Assembly: GCA_963169325.1 (NCBI GenBank)
Contig: CAUJEY010000248.1
Location: 4,710 to 68,709, forward strand
Length of the DNA: 64,000 bases
Direction: 5' to 3'
Origin: Bacteroidota bacterium
GTDB lineage: Bacteria; Bacteroidota; Bacteroidia; Chitinophagales; Saprospiraceae
This document shows positions 9,638-17,641 of this stretch, one piece after another. Made by a program: the position numbers and the translations under genes. Below the pieces are notes generated by a model. That model did no database searches. It was not told where the DNA came from and worked only from the letters and a program-made list of their open reading frames with translations. The first letter of the stretch is position 1, and every line of letters begins with the position of its first letter.

Positions 9638-11065
9638 ATGAAAAAACAACCTGCGCGCAGCTTGCCGCGCCGCCGTTTTTTGAAAAATGCCGGTTTGGCC
9701 GCCGCCGGATTTTATATCGTGCCCCGCGCTGTTCTCGGCGGAAAGGGCTACACAGCGCCCAGCGACCGCCTGAACATCGCCCTGGTGGGCGTCGGAGGTA
9801 AAGGCAGCGCTCATCTGTCCGCCGTGAAAAACCAGCGCTGGGCGGCTTTTTGCGATGTGGACGACCGCCGCGCGGCCGATGCCTACCGGGCGCACCCCGA
9901 GGTGCCGCGTTTTCGCGATTTCCGGGAAATGCTCGACAAAGCAGGCAAGGATATCGATGCCGTGATGGTCACCACGCCCGACCATACCCACGCCGTGATT
10001 GCCCTGGCCGCCATACAACTCGGCAAACACGTGTACGTGGAAAAACCCCTTACCCACAATATCGCCGAGGCGCGCCAACTGCTTGCTGCGTCCAAACAGT
10101 ACAAAGTGGTGACCCAAATGGGCAATCAGGGCGCTTCTATGGATTGTAATGCCGAAGTGGCAGAATGGATACAGGCCGGCGTGATCGGCAAGGTAAACCG
10201 GGTACATATCTGGACCAACCGCCCCGTGTGGCCGCAAGGGGTACCAACGCCCAAAGACGGAGAATCCGTGCCGCCGGAATTAGACTGGAACCTCTGGCTG
10301 GGGCCCGCGCCCCTACGCCCGTACAGCGAGCGCTACCTGCCCTTCCGCTGGCGCGGCTGGTGGGATTTCGGCACCGGCGCCCTCGGCGACATGGGCTGCC
10401 ACCTGATCGATCCGGTGTACCGGGCGTTGCAACTCACCTACCCCAGCTCCATCGAGGCCAGCGCTACTACAGTTTGGTCGGGCGATTTTTTTGAAGCCGA
10501 CTACCCCGACAGCTGCCCGCCCTCTTCCATCGTCAAAATGGAATACCCCGCCCGAGCGGGCATGCCGGCCTGCGAACTGTTGTGGTACGACGGCGGCGTA
10601 CGGCCCATGCGACCCGCCGAACTCGGCGCGAACGAGCCCTTCGGCTCCTGGGACGGCGGCGTATTGTTTGAAGGCAGCAAAGGCAAAATGATGTGCGGTA
10701 TCTACGGAGAAGACGCCACCTTGCTGCCGACCGTCAAAATGAAAGATTTTAAAAAGCCGAAAATAGTATTGCCCCGCTACAAAGACTCGCATCAAATGGT
10801 GTGGGTAAATGCCTGTAAAGGTGAAGGGCAGGCGTCTTCCCCGTTCGAATATGCCGTGCCGCTCACAGAGGCCATCCTCATCGGTAACCTCGCGGTGCGC
10901 TGTTACGACATCAAAAAATTACAGGCCGGCAAAACGCCACAATCCTGGGCGCCTTACGACTATCCGGGCCGCGTCCGGCTGGAGTGGGATGCCGCCAATA
11001 TGCGGGTAACTAATTTTGAGGAAGCGAACCGTTTCGTACAGCGCGAGGCGAGGAGCGGTTGGTGA
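9638..11065 (+). CDS. Gfo/Idh/MocA-family oxidoreductase with twin-arginine signal
   Basis: SLPRRRFLKNAGLAAAG Tat motif. Rossmann LNIALVGVGGKG. Typical MocA-family core (EKPLTHN). Confidence 0.8.
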   Translation: MKKQPARSLPRRRFLKNAGLAAAGFYIVPRAVLGGKGYTAPSDRLNIALVGVGGKGSAHLSAVKNQRWAAFCDVDDRRAADAYRAHPEVPRFRDFREMLDKAGKDIDAVMVTTPDHTHAVIALAAIQLGKHVYVEKPLTHNIAEARQLLAASKQYKVVTQMGNQGASMDCNAEVAEWIQAGVIGKVNRVHIWTNRPVWPQGVPTPKDGESVPPELDWNLWLGPAPLRPYSERYLPFRWRGWWDFGTGALGDMGCHLIDPVYRALQLTYPSSIEASATTVWSGDFFEADYPDSCPPSSIVKMEYPARAGMPACELLWYDGGVRPMRPAELGANEPFGSWDGGVLFEGSKGKMMCGIYGEDATLLPTVKMKDFKKPKIVLPRYKDSHQMVWVNACKGEGQASSPFEYAVPLTEAILIGNLAVRCYDIKKLQAGKTPQSWAPYDYPGRVRLEWDAANMRVTNFEEANRFVQREARSGW

Positions 11066-11209
11066 TCTTGAAACCTGCCTGAACATTTGACAAAATACGG
11101 GCTGCCAAGAGGCGGGGAGTGGCCGGTGAATTTGAAACTTAGCGATTGCTCCTGTGTTTTGCTTAATATTAAAGTCCTGTTTTTTCCGTTAAAATTAAAA
11201 TCAACGATT

Positions 11210-12040
11210 ATGAAAAAGAAAATCCTCTTCAGCCTTCTTGTCATAGCCCTCATTGTGGTGGCCTGTAACAAAACGGTTTTTACCGGCCGAAAATCACTGA
11301 ACCTCATTCCGGCCGGCGAATTGAACCAAATGAGTTTTGCCGAGTACAAATCATTTTTATCGCAAAATAAAACACTGACTTCCGGCAAAGACGTCGACCT
11401 GGTAAAACGGGTGGGCAACGACATAAAAGCGGCAGTGGAAGTGTATTACAAATCTAAAAACCTGCAAGGCGATCTTAAAAACTTTGCCTGGGAGTTTAGC
11501 GTGGTAGACGATCCTAACACGGTAAACGCATTCTGTATGCCAGGCGGTAAAGTAGTGGTGTACACGGGTATTTTAAAAGTCACTCAAAACGAAGACGCCC
11601 TGGCTGCGGTGATGGGACACGAGATTGCACACGCCCTGGCCAATCACGGCAACGAGCGCATGAGTCAGGGCTTAGTGGCTCAGTTGGGACTTTCCTCGCT
11701 CCAGGTAGCCTTGTCGCAAAAACCGTCGCAAACCAACGATTTACTGTTGGCCGCCGCCGGCGCCGGCACACAAGTCGGCATTTTGTTGCCGTTCAGCCGC
11801 AAACACGAATCAGAAGCCGACGAAATCGGCCTGTACCTGATGTCTATGGCCGGTTACAACCCGTCGGCCGCCGTTCCATTTTGGGACCGCATGAATAAAA
11901 TGGGCGGAAGTCGTCCGCCGGAATTTCTGAGCACCCACCCCGATCCCAGCAAACGTAGTCAGCGCCTGAAAGAACTGGAGCCCAAAGCCCGCGCTTATGC
12001 GATCCGTTACCCGGTGCCAGGGAGTTCGAAGCGGAAATAA
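11210..12040 (+). CDS. M48-family zinc metallopeptidase lipoprotein
   Basis: ATG at 11210 gives MKKKILFSLLVIALIVVAC lipobox. HEIAHALANH HExxH motif with a downstream ESEAD. Confidence 0.8.
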   Translation: MKKKILFSLLVIALIVVACNKTVFTGRKSLNLIPAGELNQMSFAEYKSFLSQNKTLTSGKDVDLVKRVGNDIKAAVEVYYKSKNLQGDLKNFAWEFSVVDDPNTVNAFCMPGGKVVVYTGILKVTQNEDALAAVMGHEIAHALANHGNERMSQGLVAQLGLSSLQVALSQKPSQTNDLLLAAAGAGTQVGILLPFSRKHESEADEIGLYLMSMAGYNPSAAVPFWDRMNKMGGSRPPEFLSTHPDPSKRSQRLKELEPKARAYAIRYPVPGSSKRK

Positions 12041-12046
12041 ACGTCA

Positions 12047-12240
12047 CAATGTGTTTTGAATGTGGTCAATTTACAAATGTGGTCAATGTGGTCAATTTAC
12101 AAATGTGGTCAATGTGGTCAATTTACAAATGTGGTCAATGAACGCGAGTACTCTACGGCATTGACCACATTTGTAAATTGATCACATTGACCACATTTGT
12201 AAATTGACCACATTGACCACATTTGTAAATTGACCACATT
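12047..12240. repeat. About 180-bp near-perfect palindrome of TGTGGTCAA / TTTACAAA periodic units
   Basis: Arms 12061-12140 and 12159-12240 are reverse complements with one mismatch. The 19-nt loop contains GAGTACTCTACGG. It lies between convergent genes and touches the stop codon at 12240. Confidence 0.85.
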
Positions 12241-13097
12241 TACTCCACCCGCACCAACACCGGCAAATGATCCGAAGGATAGTGGCAATTGCGCGAATCG
12301 CTGAGCACGGCGTATTGCAGCACATGTTGCCCGGGGCTGACAAAAATATAGTCGATCCGCCGGTTGACCGGTTCTCGGAATTTAAAGCCGTTGAAGGTGC
12401 CTTCGGGGCCGAAGGGCGGTTCCCGGCTCGCATCGCGGGCTTCGTTCAGGGTGGTTTGCAACACCGCGATGGGTTCTTCTTCGGGTTCGGCGTTAAAATC
12501 GCCCATCAGCACGACGGGGTCGCCCGTCGTATTTTTTTCACTTATTTTTTGTAAAATAAGCGCTGCCGAGGCCTTTCGGGCGGCTTTGCCGATATGATCA
12601 AAATGGGTATTGAACACCCACATCCGGCTTCCGGCGGCGCTGTCTTCGAGCAACGCCCAGGTGCAGATACGGGGCAACGCGGCGTCCCAGCCTTTGGACA
12701 CCTTATCCGGCGTTTCAGAAAGCCAGAACGTGCCCGATTCGAGTGCCCGGAACCGGTCGGCGCGGTAGAACAGCGCCGAGTATTCGCCCGCTTCACGCCC
12801 GTCGTCGCGCCCCACGCCGACGTGTTTATAGTCGGGCAGTTCTTGTTGCAAATATTCCACCTGCCGACGCAACCCTTCCTGAATGCCGAACACATCGGGC
12901 TTGTGAAAGCGCAATTGGCCGGCCAGAAAATCGCGGCGCTCCGGCCAGGCGTCAGCGCTGTCGTTGGGGGTGTCGTAGCGGATATTGTAGGTGAGAAAAG
13001 TAGCAGATTGGCCGTAAACTGCCGGTAAAATGCTAAAAAAGAAAAGGATGAATGTGAAACGTTGTGTCATAATGGTTGTTTTATGTTGTTGGGTCAT
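12240..13097 (-). CDS. Endonuclease/exonuclease/phosphatase (EEP) family protein, secreted
   Basis: Signal peptide. Motifs LTYNIRYD, GIQEG, NTHFDH, GDFN, SDHLPV. Confidence 0.8.
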   Translation of the reverse strand: MTQQHKTTIMTQRFTFILFFFSILPAVYGQSATFLTYNIRYDTPNDSADAWPERRDFLAGQLRFHKPDVFGIQEGLRRQVEYLQQELPDYKHVGVGRDDGREAGEYSALFYRADRFRALESGTFWLSETPDKVSKGWDAALPRICTWALLEDSAAGSRMWVFNTHFDHIGKAARKASAALILQKISEKNTTGDPVVLMGDFNAEPEEEPIAVLQTTLNEARDASREPPFGPEGTFNGFKFREPVNRRIDYIFVSPGQHVLQYAVLSDSRNCHYPSDHLPVLVRVE

Positions 13098-13132
13098 TGC
13101 GTCATTAGGTCATTAGGTCATTGCGTCATTGC
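13092..13132. repeat. One-armed array of GTCATTNNG 9-mers (AATGACC family)
   Basis: GGTCATTGCGTCATTAGGTCATTAGGTCATTGCGTCATTGC. The first unit contains the ATG of the 12240-13097 gene. Confidence 0.75.
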
Positions 13133-13532
13133 ACGCTCCAGGGTTCTAAAAACAACTTCAAAAATACGGATACCAGCCAATTGCCCCTACTTGAATCAAT
13201 CTACCCACTCACGAATGAACTCAAAGATATAAAGCGTAGAGTACACTTATTTCTAAACCCACTTTCTGCCGGGTAATAATCCACAAATCAACTCATGCGC
13301 GGATCTGCTTTTCCCGTTTTTTCGGAAATTTGCGGCGATTGGTCGCATTTTTTAGTTGTTTTAAAAATACGGCCGGTTATTCGCGGTTCTGTGCATTCAT
13401 CGCTGTGGGCATCTCGCACAATTATAATAGCTTTACGCCCGATTTTACCTCCCGCTTCACGGGACCCGGATGCCTTAAATCGTTAACACAACACCAATTT
13501 TGCCCATTGAAAAATGGGCGCAACGTATTGCA

Positions 13533-14078
13533 ATGGTCACTACCAAAACATTATTTGCCGCCGAGGGGCTCGACGAACGCAGCCTCGAATTTTTGTCCAA
13601 CGCCATCGAAAAAAACAACCTGCCCGGATTCGACTATTTCGAGTTCAAACGGGCGGTTACTGCGCTGTCGCAAATGCAACTGGACGAGGCGACCTCCTTT
13701 AAAAGCGCTTTTGCCACCGCAGCCACCGTAGGCCTCACCAAGGAAAAACTGATCGAAACCGCCGGCTACTACCGCGATGTTCTGATGAAGGAAAAAGAAC
13801 ATTTCGACCGGGCACTCGACAGCCAGAACGCCACCAAGGTCACCTCGCGGGAACAGGAAGTGAAACGCCTGCGCGACCAGATCGACCGCCATAAAGCCGA
13901 CATCGCCCGCCTGCAGGACGAGATCGGCGGATACCTGAACCAGATCGAACAGGCGGAGTCCTCCGTAAAACTGGAGGCCGAAAAACTGACCAAGACCAAA
14001 ACGGCCTTTGAAAAAACACACCAGTCACTGCTGTTGCAGATTGATAAGGATGTGGAAAGTATGCACAAACACCTGTAG
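13533..14078 (+). CDS. Hypothetical coiled-coil protein (upstream partner of the PspA-like gene)
   Basis: ATG at 13533. The C-terminal half is heptad-rich (EVKRLRDQIDRHKADIARLQDEIGGYLNQIEQAE). Same strand as the next gene, 79 nt upstream of it. Confidence 0.5.
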   Translation: MVTTKTLFAAEGLDERSLEFLSNAIEKNNLPGFDYFEFKRAVTALSQMQLDEATSFKSAFATAATVGLTKEKLIETAGYYRDVLMKEKEHFDRALDSQNATKVTSREQEVKRLRDQIDRHKADIARLQDEIGGYLNQIEQAESSVKLEAEKLTKTKTAFEKTHQSLLLQIDKDVESMHKHL

Positions 14079-14157
14079 TTTTTTCTATGCACCACATCGT
14101 ACACTTTGGTCTTTCTTTGTGAACGGTGTGTACGATGTGGTAAAATAATATTACTCA

Positions 14158-15147
14158 ATGACGGATTCGAAATCATTCTGGAAACGCCCGGAAGGTATTG
14201 CAGGCGGCCTTTTCCTGGCCGGCCTGGTGGCAGGGGGCGTCGTGCTGCTGAACAAATTTTTGCCGGTGCTCGTGTCACTGGCACAAAATACCTTGTACCT
14301 GGCCGGCATGCTGGCTGCCCTGAGCGCTATTGTTTTTGTCGTGCTCGATCCTAAAATGCGCAACCTGGTTTGGTATATGTACAAAGCCGCCATGCGCTGG
14401 ATCACCGGCCTTTTTGTGCAAATCGACCCGATCGGCATTCTGAAATCTTTTATAGAAGACCTGGAACAAAACCTACGCCAACTCAGCAAACAAATCGGCT
14501 CCCTGCGCGGCCAAATGCGCCAGCTCAAAGGCGTTATGGACGGCAACACCGGCGAGATTCAGAAAAACATGGCCATGGCCGAACGCGCCAAAAAACAGGG
14601 CGACGACAAAAACCTCGCGCTCTCCACCCGGAAAGCCGGCCGCTTGCAGGAAGCCAACGCCAAGTACGACGAACTTTACCGGAAAATGGAAATTCTGTAC
14701 CGCGTGCTGACCAAAATGTACGAAAACTCCGAGATCGTGCTGGAAGATACCAAAGACCAGGTCATGCTCAAAGAACAGGAGTATTTGGCCATAAAAGCCA
14801 GTCACGGCGCCATCCGTTCCGCCATGAGCATTATCAGCGGCGACCCCGACCAGCGCGCCCTGTACGACCAGGCCCTGGAACAACTGACCGAAGAAGTGAG
14901 TCAAAAAGTAGGCGATATGGAACGTTTTATGGATACCAGCCGCAACCTCATGGATTCTATCGACCTCCAAAATGGCGTGTTCGAAGAAGAAGGACTCCAA
15001 CTGCTGGCCAAATGGGAAAATACCAGCCCGCTGCTGGCCACACCCGCCACCGGCAAAAAAGCGCCGGCAGAGAAACCGCTCGATATTAATACACCGCCAA
15101 AAGAGATTTTAAAAGACGAAAACGATTACCGGAAACTGTTTGATTGA
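14158..15147 (+). CDS. Membrane-anchored PspA/IM30 (ESCRT-III superfamily)-like protein
   Basis: N-terminal TM helices (GGLFLAGLVAGGVVLL; LYLAGMLAALSAIVFVVL). This is followed by DPIGILKSFIEDLEQNLRQL...AMAERAKKQGDDKNLAL...ERFMDTS, which follows the PspA helical pattern. Confidence 0.55.
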   Translation: MTDSKSFWKRPEGIAGGLFLAGLVAGGVVLLNKFLPVLVSLAQNTLYLAGMLAALSAIVFVVLDPKMRNLVWYMYKAAMRWITGLFVQIDPIGILKSFIEDLEQNLRQLSKQIGSLRGQMRQLKGVMDGNTGEIQKNMAMAERAKKQGDDKNLALSTRKAGRLQEANAKYDELYRKMEILYRVLTKMYENSEIVLEDTKDQVMLKEQEYLAIKASHGAIRSAMSIISGDPDQRALYDQALEQLTEEVSQKVGDMERFMDTSRNLMDSIDLQNGVFEEEGLQLLAKWENTSPLLATPATGKKAPAEKPLDINTPPKEILKDENDYRKLFD

Positions 15148-15716
15148 AAAACATCCGCCCGCCGGCTCTGCCACGCCAAAACTACGCCGCCCAGCACCAC
15201 AAAATAGGATAGCGGAAGTGCCACATATGACAAGGCTATGCCGCAAAATACCAGCGCCAGGCCCGACAGCCAGGCCAGGTGGCCTTTCCAACTGCGCCGG
15301 GGTGTTGCCTGCGGGAATTCGTGCGCTCTGCCCGTAATAAAATGTAGCAACCAGGGGGCATCGTGTAGCAGCAAGCCCATATTCAACAGCAGGAAAAAGC
15401 CCAGTACGAACGGGGTGCCCCGCCATTGCAGGGAAATCGTCACCAGCAGGATATTCACGATCATCGGAACCAGCATCACCACCCCCAAAGTGCGGTAGCG
15501 CGGCGTGATGACCATAAACCCGATGGTAATTTGTGCCACGGCGATAAACCGCCCGAACAATCCCAGACCGTATTCCTCCAGGCGCTCGGCCAGCCAAACC
15601 GGTCCGATGAGACCCGGAAATTTGTGCTCAAACCAGAGTTTGGACATGCCCCCGCCGAAAAAGACGAAGCCCAGAAAAATAGCGGTGGCGGAGTAGAAGA
15701 AACGTCTGTATTTCAT
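15126..15716 (-). CDS. DoxX-like four-TM membrane protein
   Basis: Hydrophobic profile and GGGMSKL motif near the N-terminus. The 3' end overlaps the convergent gene by 22 nt. Confidence 0.5.
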   Translation of the reverse strand: MKYRRFFYSATAIFLGFVFFGGGMSKLWFEHKFPGLIGPVWLAERLEEYGLGLFGRFIAVAQITIGFMVITPRYRTLGVVMLVPMIVNILLVTISLQWRGTPFVLGFFLLLNMGLLLHDAPWLLHFITGRAHEFPQATPRRSWKGHLAWLSGLALVFCGIALSYVALPLSYFVVLGGVVLAWQSRRADVFQSNSFR

Positions 15717-15762
15717 TGAGGGGCGAAATTACTCCATCTGGATTCACTTTCCGAACCCGGGT

Positions 15763-16191
15763 TTACTGCATCACTAATAGCCGCACCTTGTAGTCTTTTT
15801 GCTCGATTTTCTGACCTTGCTTGGCGGGCGGCTCCACATTTTCCAATTTCACCGTAAAGCCGTTAAAAGTAGTTTCGCCGGCGCCGCCCTGGCTCATGTC
15901 CCCTGTGGATAAGGTGCTTGTTTGGGAGTTTTCGCCCTGGCTTAGCGTCAAAACCGCGTCGGCACGGCCGGCCCAGATACATTGTACGCCTTCCGGACAG
16001 CGACTATCGCCACGTATCGAGTCGAAACGAATGCTTAACCCTTTGTCGTCGTGCGCACACGCGGTTGCTGCCTGATCCAGACGGAAGGATTTATTCAGTT
16101 CGAAGTGTACAGCACATTCGCGGGGCTTTGGGCAAGCGACCAGGATGAGCAGAAAGAGGGCCGCGATCAAGACTAATAAGTTGTTTTTCAT
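15763..16191 (-). CDS. Hypothetical lipoprotein
   Basis: MKNNLLVLIAALFLLILVAC lipobox. No recognisable domain. Confidence 0.5.
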   Translation of the reverse strand: MKNNLLVLIAALFLLILVACPKPRECAVHFELNKSFRLDQAATACAHDDKGLSIRFDSIRGDSRCPEGVQCIWAGRADAVLTLSQGENSQTSTLSTGDMSQGGAGETTFNGFTVKLENVEPPAKQGQKIEQKDYKVRLLVMQ

Positions 16192-16232
16192 TTGTAAAAG
16201 GTTTGGTGAAAAAAAAACACGAATATCAGTGT

Positions 16233-16643
16233 TTAAGGGTAATTCCGCCCTGCAACCAACTCCCTGCGTTCAACGATCAAATCAGGGGTATTCAACTCTA
16301 AAAGTTTGATTGTTGCTGCCCCAACGGATGTTTTGGCTGCGATTGCTCCCTCAATTATCTCAAAATGATCAAACCAGTTGTCAGTTCGCGGATTGAACAG
16401 GTAAACCAGCGGGCCGTTTTCTTCTATAAAAGTTCCGATATCGCTACCTTTCTTCCAGTTACAACGAGAGCAGGAAAAAGCCAGGTTCCCGAGGTCATCA
16501 GTACCACCGTGTTTTTTGCTGATGATGTGTTCGATGTGGAAATAGAAGTTTGAATCCTCCTGATGAACCCGGCAGTATTCACACTTATTCCTGGCTCTTT
16601 CGGCAACAAGGCGCTTTATTTTTAGGGAAACAGAAGCACTCAT
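16233..16643 (-). CDS. HNH endonuclease
   Basis: CEYC...HIEHIISKKHGGTDDLGNLAFSCSRCNWKKG, i.e. an HNH motif with a Cys4 zinc finger. Confidence 0.8.
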   Translation of the reverse strand: MSASVSLKIKRLVAERARNKCEYCRVHQEDSNFYFHIEHIISKKHGGTDDLGNLAFSCSRCNWKKGSDIGTFIEENGPLVYLFNPRTDNWFDHFEIIEGAIAAKTSVGAATIKLLELNTPDLIVERRELVAGRNYP

Positions 16644-16903
16644 ATAGCGGCTAATTGTTGCCTTGCCCGGGCTTTTGCAACCCGAACGATATGCTCTACA
16701 GTCATAAACCGCTCCAGTTCCAACGTTTCATCCTGCGTTAAAGCGCCCTCCTTGTTTATGGTTAATAATTGCTCAAGGCGTTTTTGTGCAGCTGCAGAAG
16801 TATGAAAGGCCAGTACCTTTATAGGATCCATACTGGCGAGTAAGTCCGCCAACTCATCAAAAATATTATAGGTTTCCGTAATCATCTTTTGTCGTTTCTT
16901 CAC
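16640..16903 (-). CDS. Small helical protein translationally coupled to the HNH endonuclease
   Basis: Its stop overlaps the HNH start (ATGA at 16640-16643). 87 aa (81 aa if it starts at the second Met). No domain recognised. Confidence 0.5.
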   Translation of the reverse strand: MKKRQKMITETYNIFDELADLLASMDPIKVLAFHTSAAAQKRLEQLLTINKEGALTQDETLELERFMTVEHIVRVAKARARQQLAAI

Positions 16904-16933
16904 TGCAAATTAAACGCTTTTCTTTCAAACTAC

Positions 16934-17497
16934 CTACTCCCCCCACCGGTAACTCTTCACCTCAAACCCAGCCAAATCCAGCACCCGGTCCACCACGGTA
17001 GCCGCTACTTCTTCCACCGTTTCGGGTTTGGAATAAAACGACGGCGTAGCCGGGCAGATAATCCCGCCGGCTTCCGTCACCGTTTTCATGTTGTTGATAT
17101 GGATCAGGCTGAGCGGCGTATCGCGGGTAACGAGGATCAGGCGGCGGCGTTCCTTGAGCACCACATCGGCGGCGCGGGTAACCAGGTCGTTGCTCACCCC
17201 GGTAGCGATGCGGGCCAGGGTGCCCATCGAACAGGGGCACACGATGAGCGTGTCGTACCGCGCCGAACCGGAAGCAAAAGGCGCGTAGAAGTCGTTTTTT
17301 TCGTAAAAATTGAACGGATAAACACCGAGATCGACCGGCCCGATTTCCATCTCCCAGTTGATTTTGGCATTGTCCGACAACACCATCCCCACCGCTTCCC
17401 ATTGCGGACGCAGGGCGACGAGTTTGTCGAGCAGTATTTTAGCGTAAATGGCGCCGGAAGACCCGGAAATGGCAACTACGATCTTTCGCATGAACAA
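16934..17497 (-). CDS. ubiX: Flavin prenyltransferase UbiX
   Basis: MRKIVVAISGSSGAIYAKILLDKL... and a CPCSMGTLARIATG-type flavoprotein motif. The start may be at 17491. Confidence 0.85.
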   Translation of the reverse strand: MFMRKIVVAISGSSGAIYAKILLDKLVALRPQWEAVGMVLSDNAKINWEMEIGPVDLGVYPFNFYEKNDFYAPFASGSARYDTLIVCPCSMGTLARIATGVSNDLVTRAADVVLKERRRLILVTRDTPLSLIHINNMKTVTEAGGIICPATPSFYSKPETVEEVAATVVDRVLDLAGFEVKSYRWGE

Positions 17498-17510
17498 TGG
17501 CGGTTAAATT

Positions 17511-17628
17511 AAAAGTCAAAATGTAAAAGTCAAAATGTAAAATGTAAAAGGCTATTGCTGCACCGCGTATTTTTGCCTTTCCACTTCCCTTTTACATTTT
17601 AGATTTTACATTTTGACTTTTACATTTT
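17511..17628. repeat. Hairpin built from AATGTAAA / AGTCAAA 7-8-mers
   Basis: Arms 17511-17551 and 17588-17628 are complementary apart from one extra unit. It lies between the divergent ubiX and 17642 genes. Confidence 0.75.
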
Positions 17629-17641
17629 ATAGAATTAAAAA

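Noticed and set aside
9445-9801. 118-aa ORF spanning the 9512-9600 hairpin and the start of the oxidoreductase gene
   Set aside because: It translates palindromic repeat DNA and then runs out of frame into a well-supported gene with a Tat signal.
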